Shown here one piece after another: positions 29,610 to 49,284 of a stretch of 64,000 nt of DNA (positions are counted from its first letter, which is position 1; each line of letters opens with the position of its first letter). The DNA is taken from the NCBI RefSeq assembly GCF_009914755.1, contig NC_060930.1, one strand, 5' to 3'. This DNA comes from the human T2T-CHM13v2.0 reference genome, Homo sapiens. The notes beneath the pieces were generated by a model. That model was not told the origin of the DNA, ran no database searches, and worked only from the letters and a program-made list of their open reading frames with translations. The position numbers and the translations under genes are program-made.

Positions 29610-29760
29610 GTGCTTTAGCTGGTTAAATGGAGCATAGTCTAGCAAGAAGGGTCAGATCAAATATGTTGGAAATGTGCCACTGACTTTCCTTGTGGCCACA
29701 GGAAAGTCACTTTGCCTTTTTGTTTTTCCATTTCCTCATTCATAAAATGAAAGGACTATT
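29610..29760 (+). mobile_element. MIR
   Basis: gccactgactttccttgtggccacaggaaagtcacttt...tttcctcattcataaaatg. Confidence 0.6.
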
Positions 29761-31717
29761 GTTCATCTTCCTATTAATTTAACAAATACCTAAAAGTATG
29801 AACTAAAGATATTTAATACTTTTAATTCTTATTTAGAATTGAGAGACTAGTCATGTGCATGTATATGAACTTTGACTATCAAAGGTCATTTTGCCAGTCC
29901 CAGATTCTGGAAGCAACAGTATGATTTGTGTGAGAGCAATTCCATTGCTATTCCTAACTTGAGCAGTCTTGCAAAGTATTTGAAAAAAATTCTATTTCTT
30001 TCAGTGACACTTATGCTAACCTTCAAATCTTGCTTAGGCTAGTAGTTTTTAGTCATATCTATACATATATCTTATTCTTGATAAAGACTAAAGTTGTGGC
30101 AATTTTACATATCAAACTAAGACTTTTATGGACTAAGATTATTTTCAGTTGCAGAAATAGGACCTCCTAAATACTCATTTTAAACAAGAAAAGTAAATCA
30201 TTACACATTTCTAATACTTAAAACCAGAGATGGTTTCTTTAAATTTTATTAGATTTTGAGAAGACACTCTTGATTATGGAAAATAGAAAATTTCTCACCT
30301 TAGTTCTCAGAAAATTCAGTATCCATGAGTGTTTAAAAATATAAAATTTGTTATTTAATACTATTATTCCCAAATAAAGCTTAGATAGGTTCAGGCCAAA
30401 TAAGTACCTAGCCTCAAGGAAGTAGCACCTAAATCATTTTGGTTATTAACACTTTAAACAAACTAGCTCATTAGATTTGCTAGCTAGGATTGGGGCACCT
30501 CTGTAACTGGAACTAGTAGAGGAGGTCCAGAACCCCCCAAACTATTTGAGAACAGCAGTAGAGATTAGGGTGTTATAAAAAGAAGGTATGCAGCAAAGAG
30601 AAGGCAGCAGGTAAAGGGGGGCCTCTGGGAAGGAGAGATGAAGACTTTAAGGAAGGGAAATGGTGCTAATGACAAATTTTGCTAACTTTTAAATTTCATT
30701 ACTTTAGAGAACAGAATTCTAGGAACCACAGAGGAAGGTCTTACAGTCCAAGCACCAGAGCACCTAAGCAAGTTACATGTCTTCTGTGAAGAGCAGCTGA
30801 TAAAATCTGGGAGAATGGCCCAGTCATACTGGCTATTCCACTTTGCAATCTATGAAGTCCCTAGAATAAGAATAACCCCAAAAAGAGGATAGCAGACAAC
30901 AGAGATCCCAGACAATAGAAAACCATCATCTAGGCTTTATCTTTTTTGTTGCAAATATCTCTTCGATTGAACCATAAACCTTCATAAATTTAATAGATAA
31001 ATCAGAACTTTGGAGGGATATGATGGCGGGGACATGTAGCTTTTCTTTGTTTGAAGTTTCACAGAATTGTTAAACTAAAATATTAGCTATTTTGAGGCAT
31101 GGGTGTGTAGGAAGACTTTTTTTCTCACTCAACTCATGCATATTTTATGGTATAGATTTTTTTTATCATTTCACTAAGATTCACATTTGAAAGCATACAC
31201 CTTGAGGCGGATATGGGAGTGCCATGCCACTATCTGAACTTTGTGGTTTCCTGCTCATTGTCATGTATTCAACTTTTGGAACAAGTCTGTAGTGAATGGA
31301 AAGTCTGGCGTACATGTGAATTTAAAACAATGTAAAAGCATTGAGACCAGCCTTTCACCTCTTTCCCATCCTCTTCTTTCTCTTTCTTCATCCCTTTTGA
31401 TGCTTTTAAGCATAACATAAATGTATCTCATAAGGAAAATTGTATAAATCAGTTAGTGATTTTATATTTTACCCTACTAAGGGACATTTGCACTTGAGCA
31501 AGGAAAAGTGAAAAGAGTATTCCTAACTGGAAAGAAAAATCCCTAACGGGGTAGAATTTAAAGTCCACTTTTACATAGGTTGTGGGAGTCATTTTGTGGT
31601 AAATGGTAATACAAATGGTGAAAAAGTATCTCATGGCTATATTGCCCTTATAAAGTATGTGAAATTTGTTATAGGAAATAATTATTTCTTGCTAAAAGTG
31701 TAGCTATCTTTTAAGTC

Positions 31718-31800
31718 AGTGGTTTCCAAACATGACTGTACATCACAATCTCCTATGAAATTTTTTAAAAACCACAGATTCCATGTCCCAACTCAGTAGC
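31718..31800. mobile_element. MER5-family fragment (left half only)
   Basis: CAGTGGTTTCCAAAC TIR...aaaaaccacagattccatgtccca. Confidence 0.6.
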
Positions 31801-31811
31801 CTATTTTCTGA

Positions 31812-37931
<6,120 letters not shown>

Positions 37932-37934
37932 AGT

Positions 37935-38990
37935 AGTATTTTTAGTATCACCCAGTTAAAAATGTTTTCTAATTTTCATAGTTTTTTCTATTCAATTTGT
38001 AATCATGTGTTTCTTAATATTCAAATACATAGGAACATTATTGCTGTCTTTTTAATTTTTATTGCAAAGTTATTTGCACTGTGGTCCAAGATCACGCATG
38101 GTATGGAGTTAGTCTTTTAAAATTTGCTTTATAATGTTTACAAACTTGTTTTTAACTATGGTACACATTTTAAAAATAATTCTCTTCTGGTAATTCTAAT
38201 ACCTAAGATCTTTCTAGTTTGTTTCTTCTATCTAGTATTTTGTAGTTTTACTCATATTGCTCTGTTTCCTTGTGTGCTTTTTAAAATTTTACTTTTTACT
38301 GTGAGTTTTACATTTTTTCCTGAAAAAATTATTTGTGGAACGTTCATAAGGCCTATGATAAAATATGTTTTTAGTGAAGAGTTTCTTTTGTTTTCCCACG
38401 TCTTTACCAGCCCAGGACCACTTTAAACTAAATTTGAGACTGAGATATTTTAGGACTATTCAGGTGATAAAAATTCAGCTGCAAATCTGCAGGAAAGCAG
38501 GAAAACAAGCTTGCAGTTGTGAATTCTCAGGAACTTCTTTTTTCCTGTTCTGGACTATGCCAAAGGTAATTTCCTTTGTGGTCTCTGGTGGTGGTGATGG
38601 TGAGATGGTGGGCCACTTTTACTTCAAGGTTACTCCTTTACTGAGGTGGGAGTCCTTTGGGGCCTTGGGTTTATAGAGATACATCTCCTATTCAGCTCCC
38701 TAATCTGATGTACCATAGGATTGGGTTTCTGTTCCCTGAAATTTTGATTTATTTAAAACAAAAGTTCACATCCTCAGTTTTCTGAATCTTTTATTAATAT
38801 AAGCAGCTTTGGATTTCAGTTTACCACCATTAATTCTCATTTTCAGTTAAATTTTAACCTTACTATTTGGTCAGCTCTTCACTGATTTTAAGATAACTTA
38901 AAAACAATTTACAGTGTTTTTTATTTGTTTTTCAGTGGGAGAATTTACTTAAATAACCTAATATGCCATCTGACTCCAAACAGAAGTCCT
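37935..38990 (-). mobile_element. Old L1M (ME-like) fragments
   Basis: T-rich, with L1M-like blocks (tttgcactgtggtccaaga, ctcatattgctctgtttccttgtgtg). Confidence 0.5.
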
Positions 38991-39335
38991 CAGCTTTATT
39001 CTTGGAGCCTGGCCTCTTCACAGAACAGACGACATGGCCGTCAGCCCATTTTCATCACGACAAGAGCACAAAGAGCAGTCCTCACCTTAGCTCCAGTCTA
39101 GCAAATATCCCTGGGATAGACTCCAATGGCCCAGAGTAAATAAAATCACTGTAGCCAGAAGATAAGGTATTGTACCAGCGGCAGACTGTCACTAGGAGAA
39201 GGAAAGAAAGTGTGCTAAGGAGACCAAAGCAGTAGAGTCTGCTATGCAAACACTGTTTTATTGAAAATCCTTACACCATAACCAAAAGATAGGCATCCAC
39301 TCCCTTTCACCTGAAGAAAACAGTGGATTGGGGAG

Positions 39336-39788
39336 TGTCTTAGTCCATTTTGTGTTGCTACAACAGAATACCTGAGGCTGAGTAATTTATAAAGAAAAAA
39401 GATGTATTCAGCTTATGATTCTGCAGACTGGAAAGTTCAAAAGCATGGTGCCGCAACTGGCCAGCTTCTGGTGAGGGCCACCTGCTGTGTCAAAACATGG
39501 CAGGGAAGCAGAAAAGTGATCAGGCACATGCAAAGAGATCAGTGGGTGAGAGAAGTAGCAAGAGAGATTCTAGGAAGTTGAACTTGCTTTTATAACAACC
39601 TGCTCTCTAACAACTAATCCATTCCTACAAGAGCAAAAACTCACTGATCCCAAGGGAGCAAGTTAATCAATTATGGGGGAATCCTTCCTTATGACCCCAA
39701 CACCTCCCACTAGTGCCACCTCCCAACACTGCTACATCAAATTTCAACATGAGTTTTGGTGGAGGCAAACCATATCCAAACCACAGCA
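39336..39788 (-). mobile_element. MaLR LTR (MSTB-like) inserted in a MIR (MIR halves about 39250-39335 and 39789-39895)
   Basis: tgtcttagtccattttgtgttgctac...caaatttcaacatgagttttggtgg...ccaaaccacagca; the flanks rejoin as a MIR core. Confidence 0.88.
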
Positions 39789-41673
39789 TTGGCTAAGAAG
39801 CTTGTCCAATTTCACATAACTAGGAAAGACCAGAGTCAATTCAAACCTGAGTCTGTTGGATTCCATACTCCATGTTCCTAAGCACTGCACTCTCCCACCA
39901 GTTACTCACGCTTTAACTGGCCACTCAATTACTATGTCTCTCATGGAACAGGATTTGGGGCATGGTACTTCTGTTGAATGGAAGAGAAGATGTGAGAATG
40001 TGGGCCAGTCCAAGTGGGCAGCTCAAGGGTTAGTGGTACCTTGGTGGAGATGTTGAGATAGAATGAGGGAGATGTCACTAGACAAATTTAAGCACACTTT
40101 GCATTTCTACCAAGGGGGGCCTGCTGCCCTGTTAGAGCTTGAAAATAAAAGTAAATCTAACACAAATAAAGCTGGAATTTTTGGGCTGCCTTACATTTAC
40201 CTTTAGGCCAATCTCAATATGCCATTACATCAAAAAGAAAAAGGCACACACCTAACTCCAAAAAAACATTGAAAGACTTATAGGCTTTTACTGAAGTTTC
40301 AAGAGGCAGAAGTAGCATATAGGTGCATGCATAGCATGTATAGCATAGCAAGGTTTCTAAACGGGGTCTTTAGAGCTTTTCCTCTCTCAAAAGTTCTACT
40401 TCTCATGGAAATTGCTCAAAGCTGCTCTCAACCACCAGCTGTCAAGTTTCAACTCATGTCCCCTCTTCTCTCTCTGTGTACCTTTAGATTCCTCACTGAC
40501 CCTGGGACTTCCTTCCCAAGTAGCTTAAGCCCATCTTAAATATAACTTTATATTCTACTTGTTTTGGCTTTAAAAATCGTTTTCTTCCCACAGTTCATTA
40601 TAGTGATCAGTCCAATAAAGGCCTAGTAGTCAAAGGGCCCCAACAAAGGATTCAGGAGCCAGGAGAGAGGAGAGGTTTGTACATACTTTTCAAGTTCCCT
40701 TTTTTGCTTTCTCCTACATTATACATATATTATGGACTTTCAAGAATGGAAAATGAATCTAAGTAGCAGTGAGTATGAGGCAAGGACTAAGGTTAAACAG
40801 ATCCTATGGGAAATGATCTTACGAGAAAAGATATTTTATTTTCTCTGAAGACACTAAAACCACTTATTGTTGGGTAGGAATCCAATGTGTACCTTAGGAT
40901 AGAATTGTTCTTTGTCCTTCAATGTCTTTGTCTGTTCCCAGTGATAATGTCCCTGTAAAACACTATAGCTAATCTAATATTGCGTGGTTTCTTAAGCCTT
41001 GGATCCTTTATGACCAGCTGCCATGTAAGATGATTCAGTATCTACCTACCAAGTAATTTCAGGAGAACTGCAGATGATGCAATGACTTGCAGACATGCAC
41101 AGTTTAAGTCAACTGCCTCTCAGGAATAAATCAAACTCTGATAACTGACCTGGCAGTTTTTCATCTTGAATTTCCATTTTATTCACCAGCAGTATCCTTT
41201 TGGGAAAGCTTCAAATGCTTTTGAAATGAAAGCAAACTAAATTGCTTCTTTTGCAAAAGATAATACCTGACTTTATTGGTTCGAAAAGAAATTGGTTGGA
41301 TTAATTTCCAAATTATTTGTCTTGGTCTTTGTTTTTTATTGCCTAAGTTTATCCCTTAAGAAGTAAACATCCTTCAACAGTCACAAAATGAGCTTTAAAA
41401 AAGACAAAAAAAAACTGAAAAACAAAACAACAACCAAAAAAAAACAGCAAACAAAACACAAAATGAGATAGACTCATTTAGATAAAATCATCTTTCACCC
41501 TACCCTCCAGTGTATGAAGCACTCAAATAATCTCTATGGTTACTCGCTTTTCATGACTCCTGTTATTATGAGTTATGCTATCACACATAAACCTGTCTTT
41601 CCCCTCACCAGCCTCTGTACTCCTTACTCAGGGAAGAGAGGGGCAATATCTGCCCTACAGAAGATTCTCAATA

Positions 41674-41851
41674 CCATATTTCGTTAATTCTATGATACAT
41701 ATATGACTTCATACTTTAATAACTCTTAAATAAAAATGCTTCTTTCAATAAATAGCATGTCATACCTTAAATGGCAGCATTTTTTCTTAGTGGCATAAAA
41801 AATAATCATGTATTTTATAGTTGATAGTTTCTTATATCCAACAAAATATGG
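41674..41851. mobile_element. MER104-like TcMar-Tc2 MITE
   Basis: TIRs CCATATTTCGTT / AACAAAATATGG, TA on the left flank, 178 bp. Confidence 0.7.
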
Positions 41852-42522
41852 TGCTGAATTGTACCTAATGAGTGATTCATCCAGATTTGGGGTAAACTGT
41901 TAATGCATTTTAGTTAAAAATAAAAAGTAAGCAATCAAATGATAAAAATTTAGAACATGCAGTAAGAAAGAAATTTGCTAAAAGCTAAGAAATCAGAGTT
42001 ATAAACAATACATGTTTATTGAGCATTTACTGTTTACCCATCAGTATTCTTGATGCTAAGGATATAGCAGTGAACAAAACAATCCTTGTGGACTTACATC
42101 ATAGTAGGGAAAATAGACAATAAATAAATGTATGATAAGTCAGTTGATAATAAGTGCTACGAAGTAAAACAAAGCAGGAATAAAGTTGGGGAGAAAAGTG
42201 GAGGGTGATTGCTATTTCAGTTGAGATCATTGGGATGGTCTTTTCTGAGGAGGGGACATTTGCATAGAGAAGCAAGGATGTGAGTTATGTGTCTGCTGTG
42301 TGTAGAACATTCTGGGAAAGGGCAGAGAAGGGAACAAGACTATTCCAGAAAAAGAGGACACATGCTGGGAGTGTTTGAGAACAGAATGAAGGCTAGTATG
42401 CTGCAGCCAGTGGGTATGTGTGGGAGTTCTAGGAGATGAGGCCAAAGAGCCCCTATCATACAGGACCCTAGAGGTCACTGTAAGGATTTGACTTTTATCT
42501 TGAATGACGTGGGAGGCTACTA

Positions 42523-42837
<315 letters not shown>

Positions 42838-42994
42838 TTAGAACAGAGGAGTGATAGAGCCTGACTTGTGTTGTGGGGAGAGGGTGGGGGGGAGTGTAGG
42901 AGAGGGGTTGATAAGAATGGGAACATAAAGATCAGTAAGTAGGCCACTACAGTAATCCAGGTGAGAGGTGGTAGTAGTGGGAATAGGGTGGTAG

Positions 42995-43819
42995 TGTTAC
43001 AGAAGTGCTGGAAAGGGAAGAGTTTGGTCCCTTTAAATGATAGGGAAGCAGGGAAGGGAAGTGCTGGGTAGAGACAAGGGTGGTCCCTGGCTAGGGCTCC
43101 ACCCCAACAGACCTAGGTGAGGACAGGCATTTCCTGGAGATTTCCCAAGATCACCCTGGCCTGCCATGCCCTCATCTTGTGCCTATAAAAACCCCCAAGA
43201 CCCTGGCAGCCACACATATAGGCGGCTGGACATTGAGAGGAGCACATCAGCAGAGGAACACAGGTGGTTAGACATAGAGAGGAATGCACCAATAGGCACC
43301 GGCATGCTGGCAGGCCAGTGACCAGCAGAAGCAGAACAACCTGGAGTTTGGCTGGGGCAGTCGGAGGAGAGCCCAGGCCACCGAATGGCCCAACTCCAGG
43401 GGAAAACCTTCCCACTCCCTCCCCTTCTGACTTCCCCTGAGCTACATCCACTCAATAAAACCTTGCACTCATTCTCCAAACCCAGGTATGATCCGATTCT
43501 CCCAGTACACCAAAGCAAGAACCGGGGATACAGAAAGCCCTCTGTCCTTTCAACAAGGTAGAGCAAGGTAGAGGCTTAATTGAGCTGGTTAACACAAGCC
43601 ACCTATAGACGGCAAAACTGAAAGAGCAGCCTGTAACACAGGCCCACTGGGGCTTCAGGTGCTGTAAATATTCACCCCTAGACACTGCCGTGGGGTCGGA
43701 GCCCATAGCCTGCCCGTCTGTAAGCTCCCCTGGAGGTTTGAGCAGCGGGGCACTGAAGAAGCGAGCCACACCCCCATCGCATGCCCTGTGAGGGGGACAA
43801 GGGAACCTTTCCTGTTTCA
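42995..43819 (+). mobile_element. Solo ERV1 LTR (LTR1 family)
   Basis: TG...CA, 825 bp, perfect 4-bp TSD GTAG; TATAAAA at about 43184 and AATAAA at about 43454. Confidence 0.88.
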
Positions 43820-44568
43820 GTAGCGTGGAAGTGCTGGTATTCTGGATAAACTTCAAAGGTAGACCTGTCAAGATTAACTGGTAAACTGAATGTGCAGTAT
43901 AGAAGAAATAGATCAAGGAAGATGGCAAGGTTTTTACCTGAGCAACTTGTAAGTGGAGTTGTCATTTACTATAATGGGAAAGATTGTGAGAAGAATAGTT
44001 TGGAGAAGAGAAAACCAAGTTAATTTTGAATATATTAAACTAAGGATGTCTATTAGTAGTGAAGAGAAGATTCTGAGAAATGAACCTATACTTCAGGAAA
44101 GAGGTAAAAAATGGAAATATAAATTGGGAGTTATTAACATATATGTCGAATTTTAGGAGATATGAAATATTCTAAGCTCTAGAGCAAGGGTACAGAGAGA
44201 GAAGGGGAAGGAAGACAGAACTCTGGGGCAATCCAACCTAAATAATCAGGGGGATGAGGAGGAACCAGCAAAGGAAATGGAGAGGAGCCGTCAGGGAGGT
44301 GGGATGGGAACCAAAACAAAGTATCATCCAAGATGTCAACCAGAAGAAGTGTTTCGGATCAAGGGAGTAACAACTTGGCCAAATTTTGCTGATGTAGGCT
44401 GAGATGTGACCATTTTATTTGGAAGCAAGGAGGTCATTGATGACCCTTACAAGAGATGATTCAGTGGAGTATAAGCACAAAAATCTAGTTCTAAAGGGTT
44501 AAAGCAAGAATAGAAGGAGAAATGAAAATGAAAACAAAAAACAGTGTTAGTATTATAAACAACTCTTT

Positions 44569-45011
<443 letters not shown>

Positions 45012-45500
45012 CTAGCCTCTCTAAATTAATTACTTAATACAATTGGGAGAGAAGTATGCAATTGAGATCCAAATTTAGCATTCTTTCTAAGTTAAAATTT
45101 GAAAGTAATATTATTTACACTTTTACTAATGATTGTCTCAAAGGGACCTATAGAATCAGTTTTTAAAAATATTCTGACCTGCTTTGTTTGGGAGAAAATG
45201 GTATTTTCACATACTTTTAATTGCAAATAGAATACAAAAGAGTGTCTTGTAGCACCAAAATTTATTCATTTCAATATTAAATCACATTAACAATAGAAAA
45301 ATAAGGTCTTATTCTGAAAAGAAATAATCCCATCACTATGCTTCTCTTTTTCAATATCAGAGCTGACAGATAAGCAAGTCTCATTAGAAACAGATAAGAG
45401 TTTCCTGACATCTGTTATAGTAGATGGCTGACAGTAACTCTAAACACATTGACTCTATTTATTGGAGAAGAGCTGGACTGAATTAAAGAAGATTCTAGCT

Positions 45501-45692
45501 CAGTGGCTCACTGCCCTGGCTGCACATTTGATTTACGCATGCCCGTGACCCACCCCCAGAGATGCTGATTTATTTGACCTGCATTGGGAAGCAGGCATGG
45601 GCATGTTTCAAAACATTCCCAGGTAATTTTAATGTGCAGCTGAAGTTTTTTGTGAAGTTCACTTCACTTTAATGTGATGTGAAGAACTACTG
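45501..45692. mobile_element. MER5A1-like MITE with an internal insertion
   Basis: CAGTGGCTC...cccacccccagagatgctgattta...cccaggtaattttaatgtgcagc...GAACTACTG. Confidence 0.75.
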
Positions 45693-46304
45693 CCTAGCAT
45701 TTAAGCTTTTCTTAAGGTAAAGAACTCAGCTATAATGAAAAGGCTTGAAATTTGATCTAATCTCAAAAACAGAACACAGGAAATAGCCACTTCCACTTGA
45801 AGTGGTCTCATACCATGGAATTCTCATCTACCATGAAGAGTACACTCCCATAATTTTGCTTGTGTGACAGGCAGCTCCATGCGCTGCCACTGAAGATGGG
45901 AGGGTAGCGACAGGCCATCTGGGCAAGCCCAGGTCCTTTCTCTTCTCCCTTGTGTGACAGTTACTGAAGGTCCCAGAGCCATCAGAACCAAATTGGTTTT
46001 TAAGTAGTGATTCCTTTATATACTTGTATAGATACAAGTCCTAATCAGACATAGACTTGTAAATAGCTTCTTTCATTGTGTGGGTTGTCTTTTTCACTTT
46101 CTTGATTGTTATCCTCTGAAGCATAAAAATTTTTAATTTTAATGACATCCAATTTATCTATTTTTTTATTTTGTTGTTTGTGCTTTTGGTCATAGCTAAG
46201 ACTCCATTACCAAATCTGAGGTCACAAAGATTTATCCAAATGTTTTCTTTTAAGAGATTTATAGTTTGGCTCTTATATTTAGGTTTTTTATTCATTTTGA
46301 GTTA

Positions 46305-46747
46305 CTTTTTTTAGTGGCTTATTATTTTATTTTTATTTTCTTATTTTATTTCATTTTCCCTTCTCTATTAAGATTTAAGATATAATTGACCAAAAAACCC
46401 CACTAAATGTGATGTTTTGATATATATATATAAATTGTGAAATGATTAAATCAATGTAATTAAAATATTGCTTCACATATTCATTTTTTGTGGTGAGAAC
46501 ATTTAAGATCTATTCTCTTAGCAATTTCCAAGTATATAATACATTATTATTACTATAGTCATCATGCTGTACAATAGATAACTAGAACTTATTCATCTTG
46601 TCTAACTTAATCTTTGTACTCTTTCACCAACATCTCCACCTCTCCATTTCTCTCCCACCAGCCCCTTTGCCAACTCCATTTTACTCTCTGCTTTTAAAAG
46701 TTTGTCATTTGTAGATCCTGCAGATAAATGAGGTGATACATTATTTG
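46305..46747 (-). mobile_element. L1MA8/9-like 3' end nested in L1M
   Basis: gtggtgagaacatttaagatctattctcttagcaattt; perfect 13-bp TSD TCATTTTGAGTTA (46292-46304 and 46748-46760). Confidence 0.85.
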
Positions 46748-47257
46748 TCATTTTGAGTTAACTTGTGTATATCATGTGATGTAGGCCGAACTTCATTCTT
46801 TTTTATATGGCTACACACATGTCCCAGCACTACTTGCTGAAGACTATTTTTTTGCCACTGAATGGCCTTGGCACTCTTGTTGAAAATCAATTGGCTATAG
46901 ATACATGGGTTTATTTCTGGACTCTCAATTCCATTCCACTGGTCTATACGTCTATCCTTATTCCAGTACCACACCATCTTCATTACTCTAGCAATGTAAT
47001 AAGTTTTGAAATAAGGAAGTGTGAATCTTTCAGCTTTATTCCTTTTCAAGATTGTTTTGCTTATTTTGGGTGTCTTGAGTTTCCATATAAATTTTAAGAT
47101 CAGCTTGTCTATTTATACAAATAAGTCAGGTGGGTTTCTGACAGGAATTCTGTTGAACCTGTAGATAAACTTGGAAGTATTGCCTTTTAACAATATTAAG
47201 TCTTCCAATCCATGAACATGAAATGTCTTCCTATTTATTTAGATCTGATTGGTTTCT

Positions 47258-47595
47258 CTCTCTCTCTGTGTGTGTGTGTGTGTGTATGTGTGTATGACAG
47301 GGTCTCACTCTGTCACCCAGGCTGGAGCAGTGCAGTGGTGCAATCTTAGCTCACTGCAACCCTGCCTCCAGGGCTAAAGTGATCTTCCCACCTTAGCCTC
47401 CCAAGTAGCGTGGACCACAGGTGTGTGCCACCATACCCAGATAATTTATATATATATATATATAAATAAATTTTTTTTTAATAGAAATGGGGTTTCACCA
47501 TGCTGCCCAGGCTGGTCTCAGACTGCTAGACTCAAGCCATCCGCCCACCTCAGCCTCCCAAAGTGCTAGGATTATAGGCATAAGCCACCACCGGT
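47258..47595 (-). mobile_element. AluJ with tail converted to (CT)n(GT)n and (TA)n in the middle linker
   Basis: TSD TGATTGGTTTCT / TGATTAGTTTCT. Confidence 0.9.
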
Positions 47596-48230
47596 TGATT
47601 AGTTTCTTTCAACAATGTTTTTCATTCAATTATAACAAAAAACTAACGGGGTTTTGGAACTTGAACACTAGATTCTAAACAGCTCTTCTTCATGGAAAAG
47701 CAAAAACCCACAAATACCCAACACTGCTCCCCCAAAAAGAGTAAAATGAGAAGATTTGGCTTACCAAATACTTATTATTCATCAGTGTCAATTAAGACTA
47801 GATAAGTAGACCAATTAAACAGAATAGAAAGCCCAATAGGTGGATTGGGCATGATGTATGATATACTGGAGTCAGCTTCTACCAGCTCCTGAGATGATTG
47901 TTATAATCATTAAAAGATTGAGATTGACATTTGGTTCCCTGAGGCCTGTATGCAGATTCAATTCAAAGCTAATGATTTTCCTCTTAACTGAATTTTTAGT
48001 TTTTATCACTCAAAACTTTGAGAAGGTAGAAGATTTGCCTCATATTTACACTATATTATATAATACATAATTAATGAATCAAATGAATGAGTATATTAAC
48101 TGCCTCTCAACTTACAGGACTTGGAAATAATTTTTGCCTTCTCGAATTTTATTTGCTTAAATTTGGGATTCAAAATGTTTCACACACAAAACATTTGCTT
48201 TAAAATAGATGGATTAAAAAGTGTAAGATT

Positions 48231-48394
48231 GGCTGGGTGCAGTGGCTCATACCTGTAATCTCAAACTCGGGAGGCGGAGGCAAAAGGATGGCTTGGGCTC
48301 AGGAGTTTAAGGTTGCAGTGAGCTAGGATTGCACCACTGCACTCCAGCCTAGGTAACAAGGGTGAGACTTTGTCTCTTTTTTTTTTTAAAAAAA
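48231..48394 (+). mobile_element. Alu monomer (FRAM-like)
   Basis: Single right-arm-type monomer; degenerate TSD aaagtgtaagatt/agatataagact. Confidence 0.85.
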
Positions 48395-49202
48395 GATATA
48401 AGACTGGATAACTATGAAATAAAGTAATTTGATTTTCTGCTTAAATATTCTCTTCAATCTGCCATAGCCTACTGAGCATGATGACGTTAGGGGAAGATAC
48501 ACCTTTAACTGCCTCAGCCTCCGGGTAGGGGGAGAGGAACAGGAGGTGTCACGGTTTCCATATTTCTACCCCAACTGGGGCAAGGGATCTGCTTTTAGTG
48601 CAAGTTTCAACTACAAAAATGCTCTTTTAGCCAAAGGATGTTTCAAAACCTTCTATCCTTCCAACCCCCAAAGATAGCAAAGAGTACAGATCACAGACGG
48701 ATGGAAAACACTCAATTCAGAGAGAGGTTACGCCACAGATTCCTGCAAACAGAGAGAAAAGTCCTTTGGGAGCTTAGGGATAGCAGACATTTTTTAAGAG
48801 AGAAAGAACTTAGCAATACAATAGAGAGTTTATACTTTAAAAGAAATTTGCACAAGTGCATAAAGTAAAAGTTAGCTTCTGAATATGAAACTGTGTCTCC
48901 CAGTATGGCTCCGTAAGAATATGCTGAATATCAACAGGTCTTGTTACAGCTTGAGGGACCATGGAGTTTGGGCCACACCAGGGCAGAGACTATTCCCTAA
49001 ATTCACCAAGTCTCAGAGAGAAAGAAATATAAATTTTGTGGCAAACACCACTGACATTCATTTGAGTTTCATTGTTAGGTTAAGAATTTAGTGACATATA
49101 CAGAACTTATGTAATATGAGTGGATTCATCCTTTATAAAGGATTCAATTAATCCTTTATAAATTTCAGAGTAAGCAGAATTTTTTATCATAGATCAGGGA
49201 TT

Positions 49203-49266
49203 ATTTTTTAGAAAATTTTTTAGAGACAGGGTCCTATGCTGTTGCCTAAGCTGGAATGAAGTGGTG
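49203..49266 (-). mobile_element. Severely 5'-truncated Alu (64 bp)
   Basis: ttttagagacagggtcctatgctgttgcctaagctggaatg, flanked by the perfect 15-bp TSD CATAGATCAGGGATT. Confidence 0.85.
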
Positions 49267-49284
49267 CATAGATCAGGGATTCTT

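Larger units (their letters stand above)
46000..47630 (-). mobile_element. Old L1M (MB-like) ORF2 fragment hosting an L1MA and an AluJ
   Basis: ORF 46741-47049 (WYWNKDRRIDQWNGIESPEINP) is L1 ORF2. Confidence 0.85.

Noticed and set aside
40312-40352. Short (TAGCAT)-like repeats, and the A-rich tract at 41396-41464
   Set aside because: Ordinary low-complexity slippage products
43113-43965. Overlapping 95-158 aa minus-strand ORFs
   Set aside because: They lie in a GC-rich LTR where long open frames arise by chance; no recognisable protein motif
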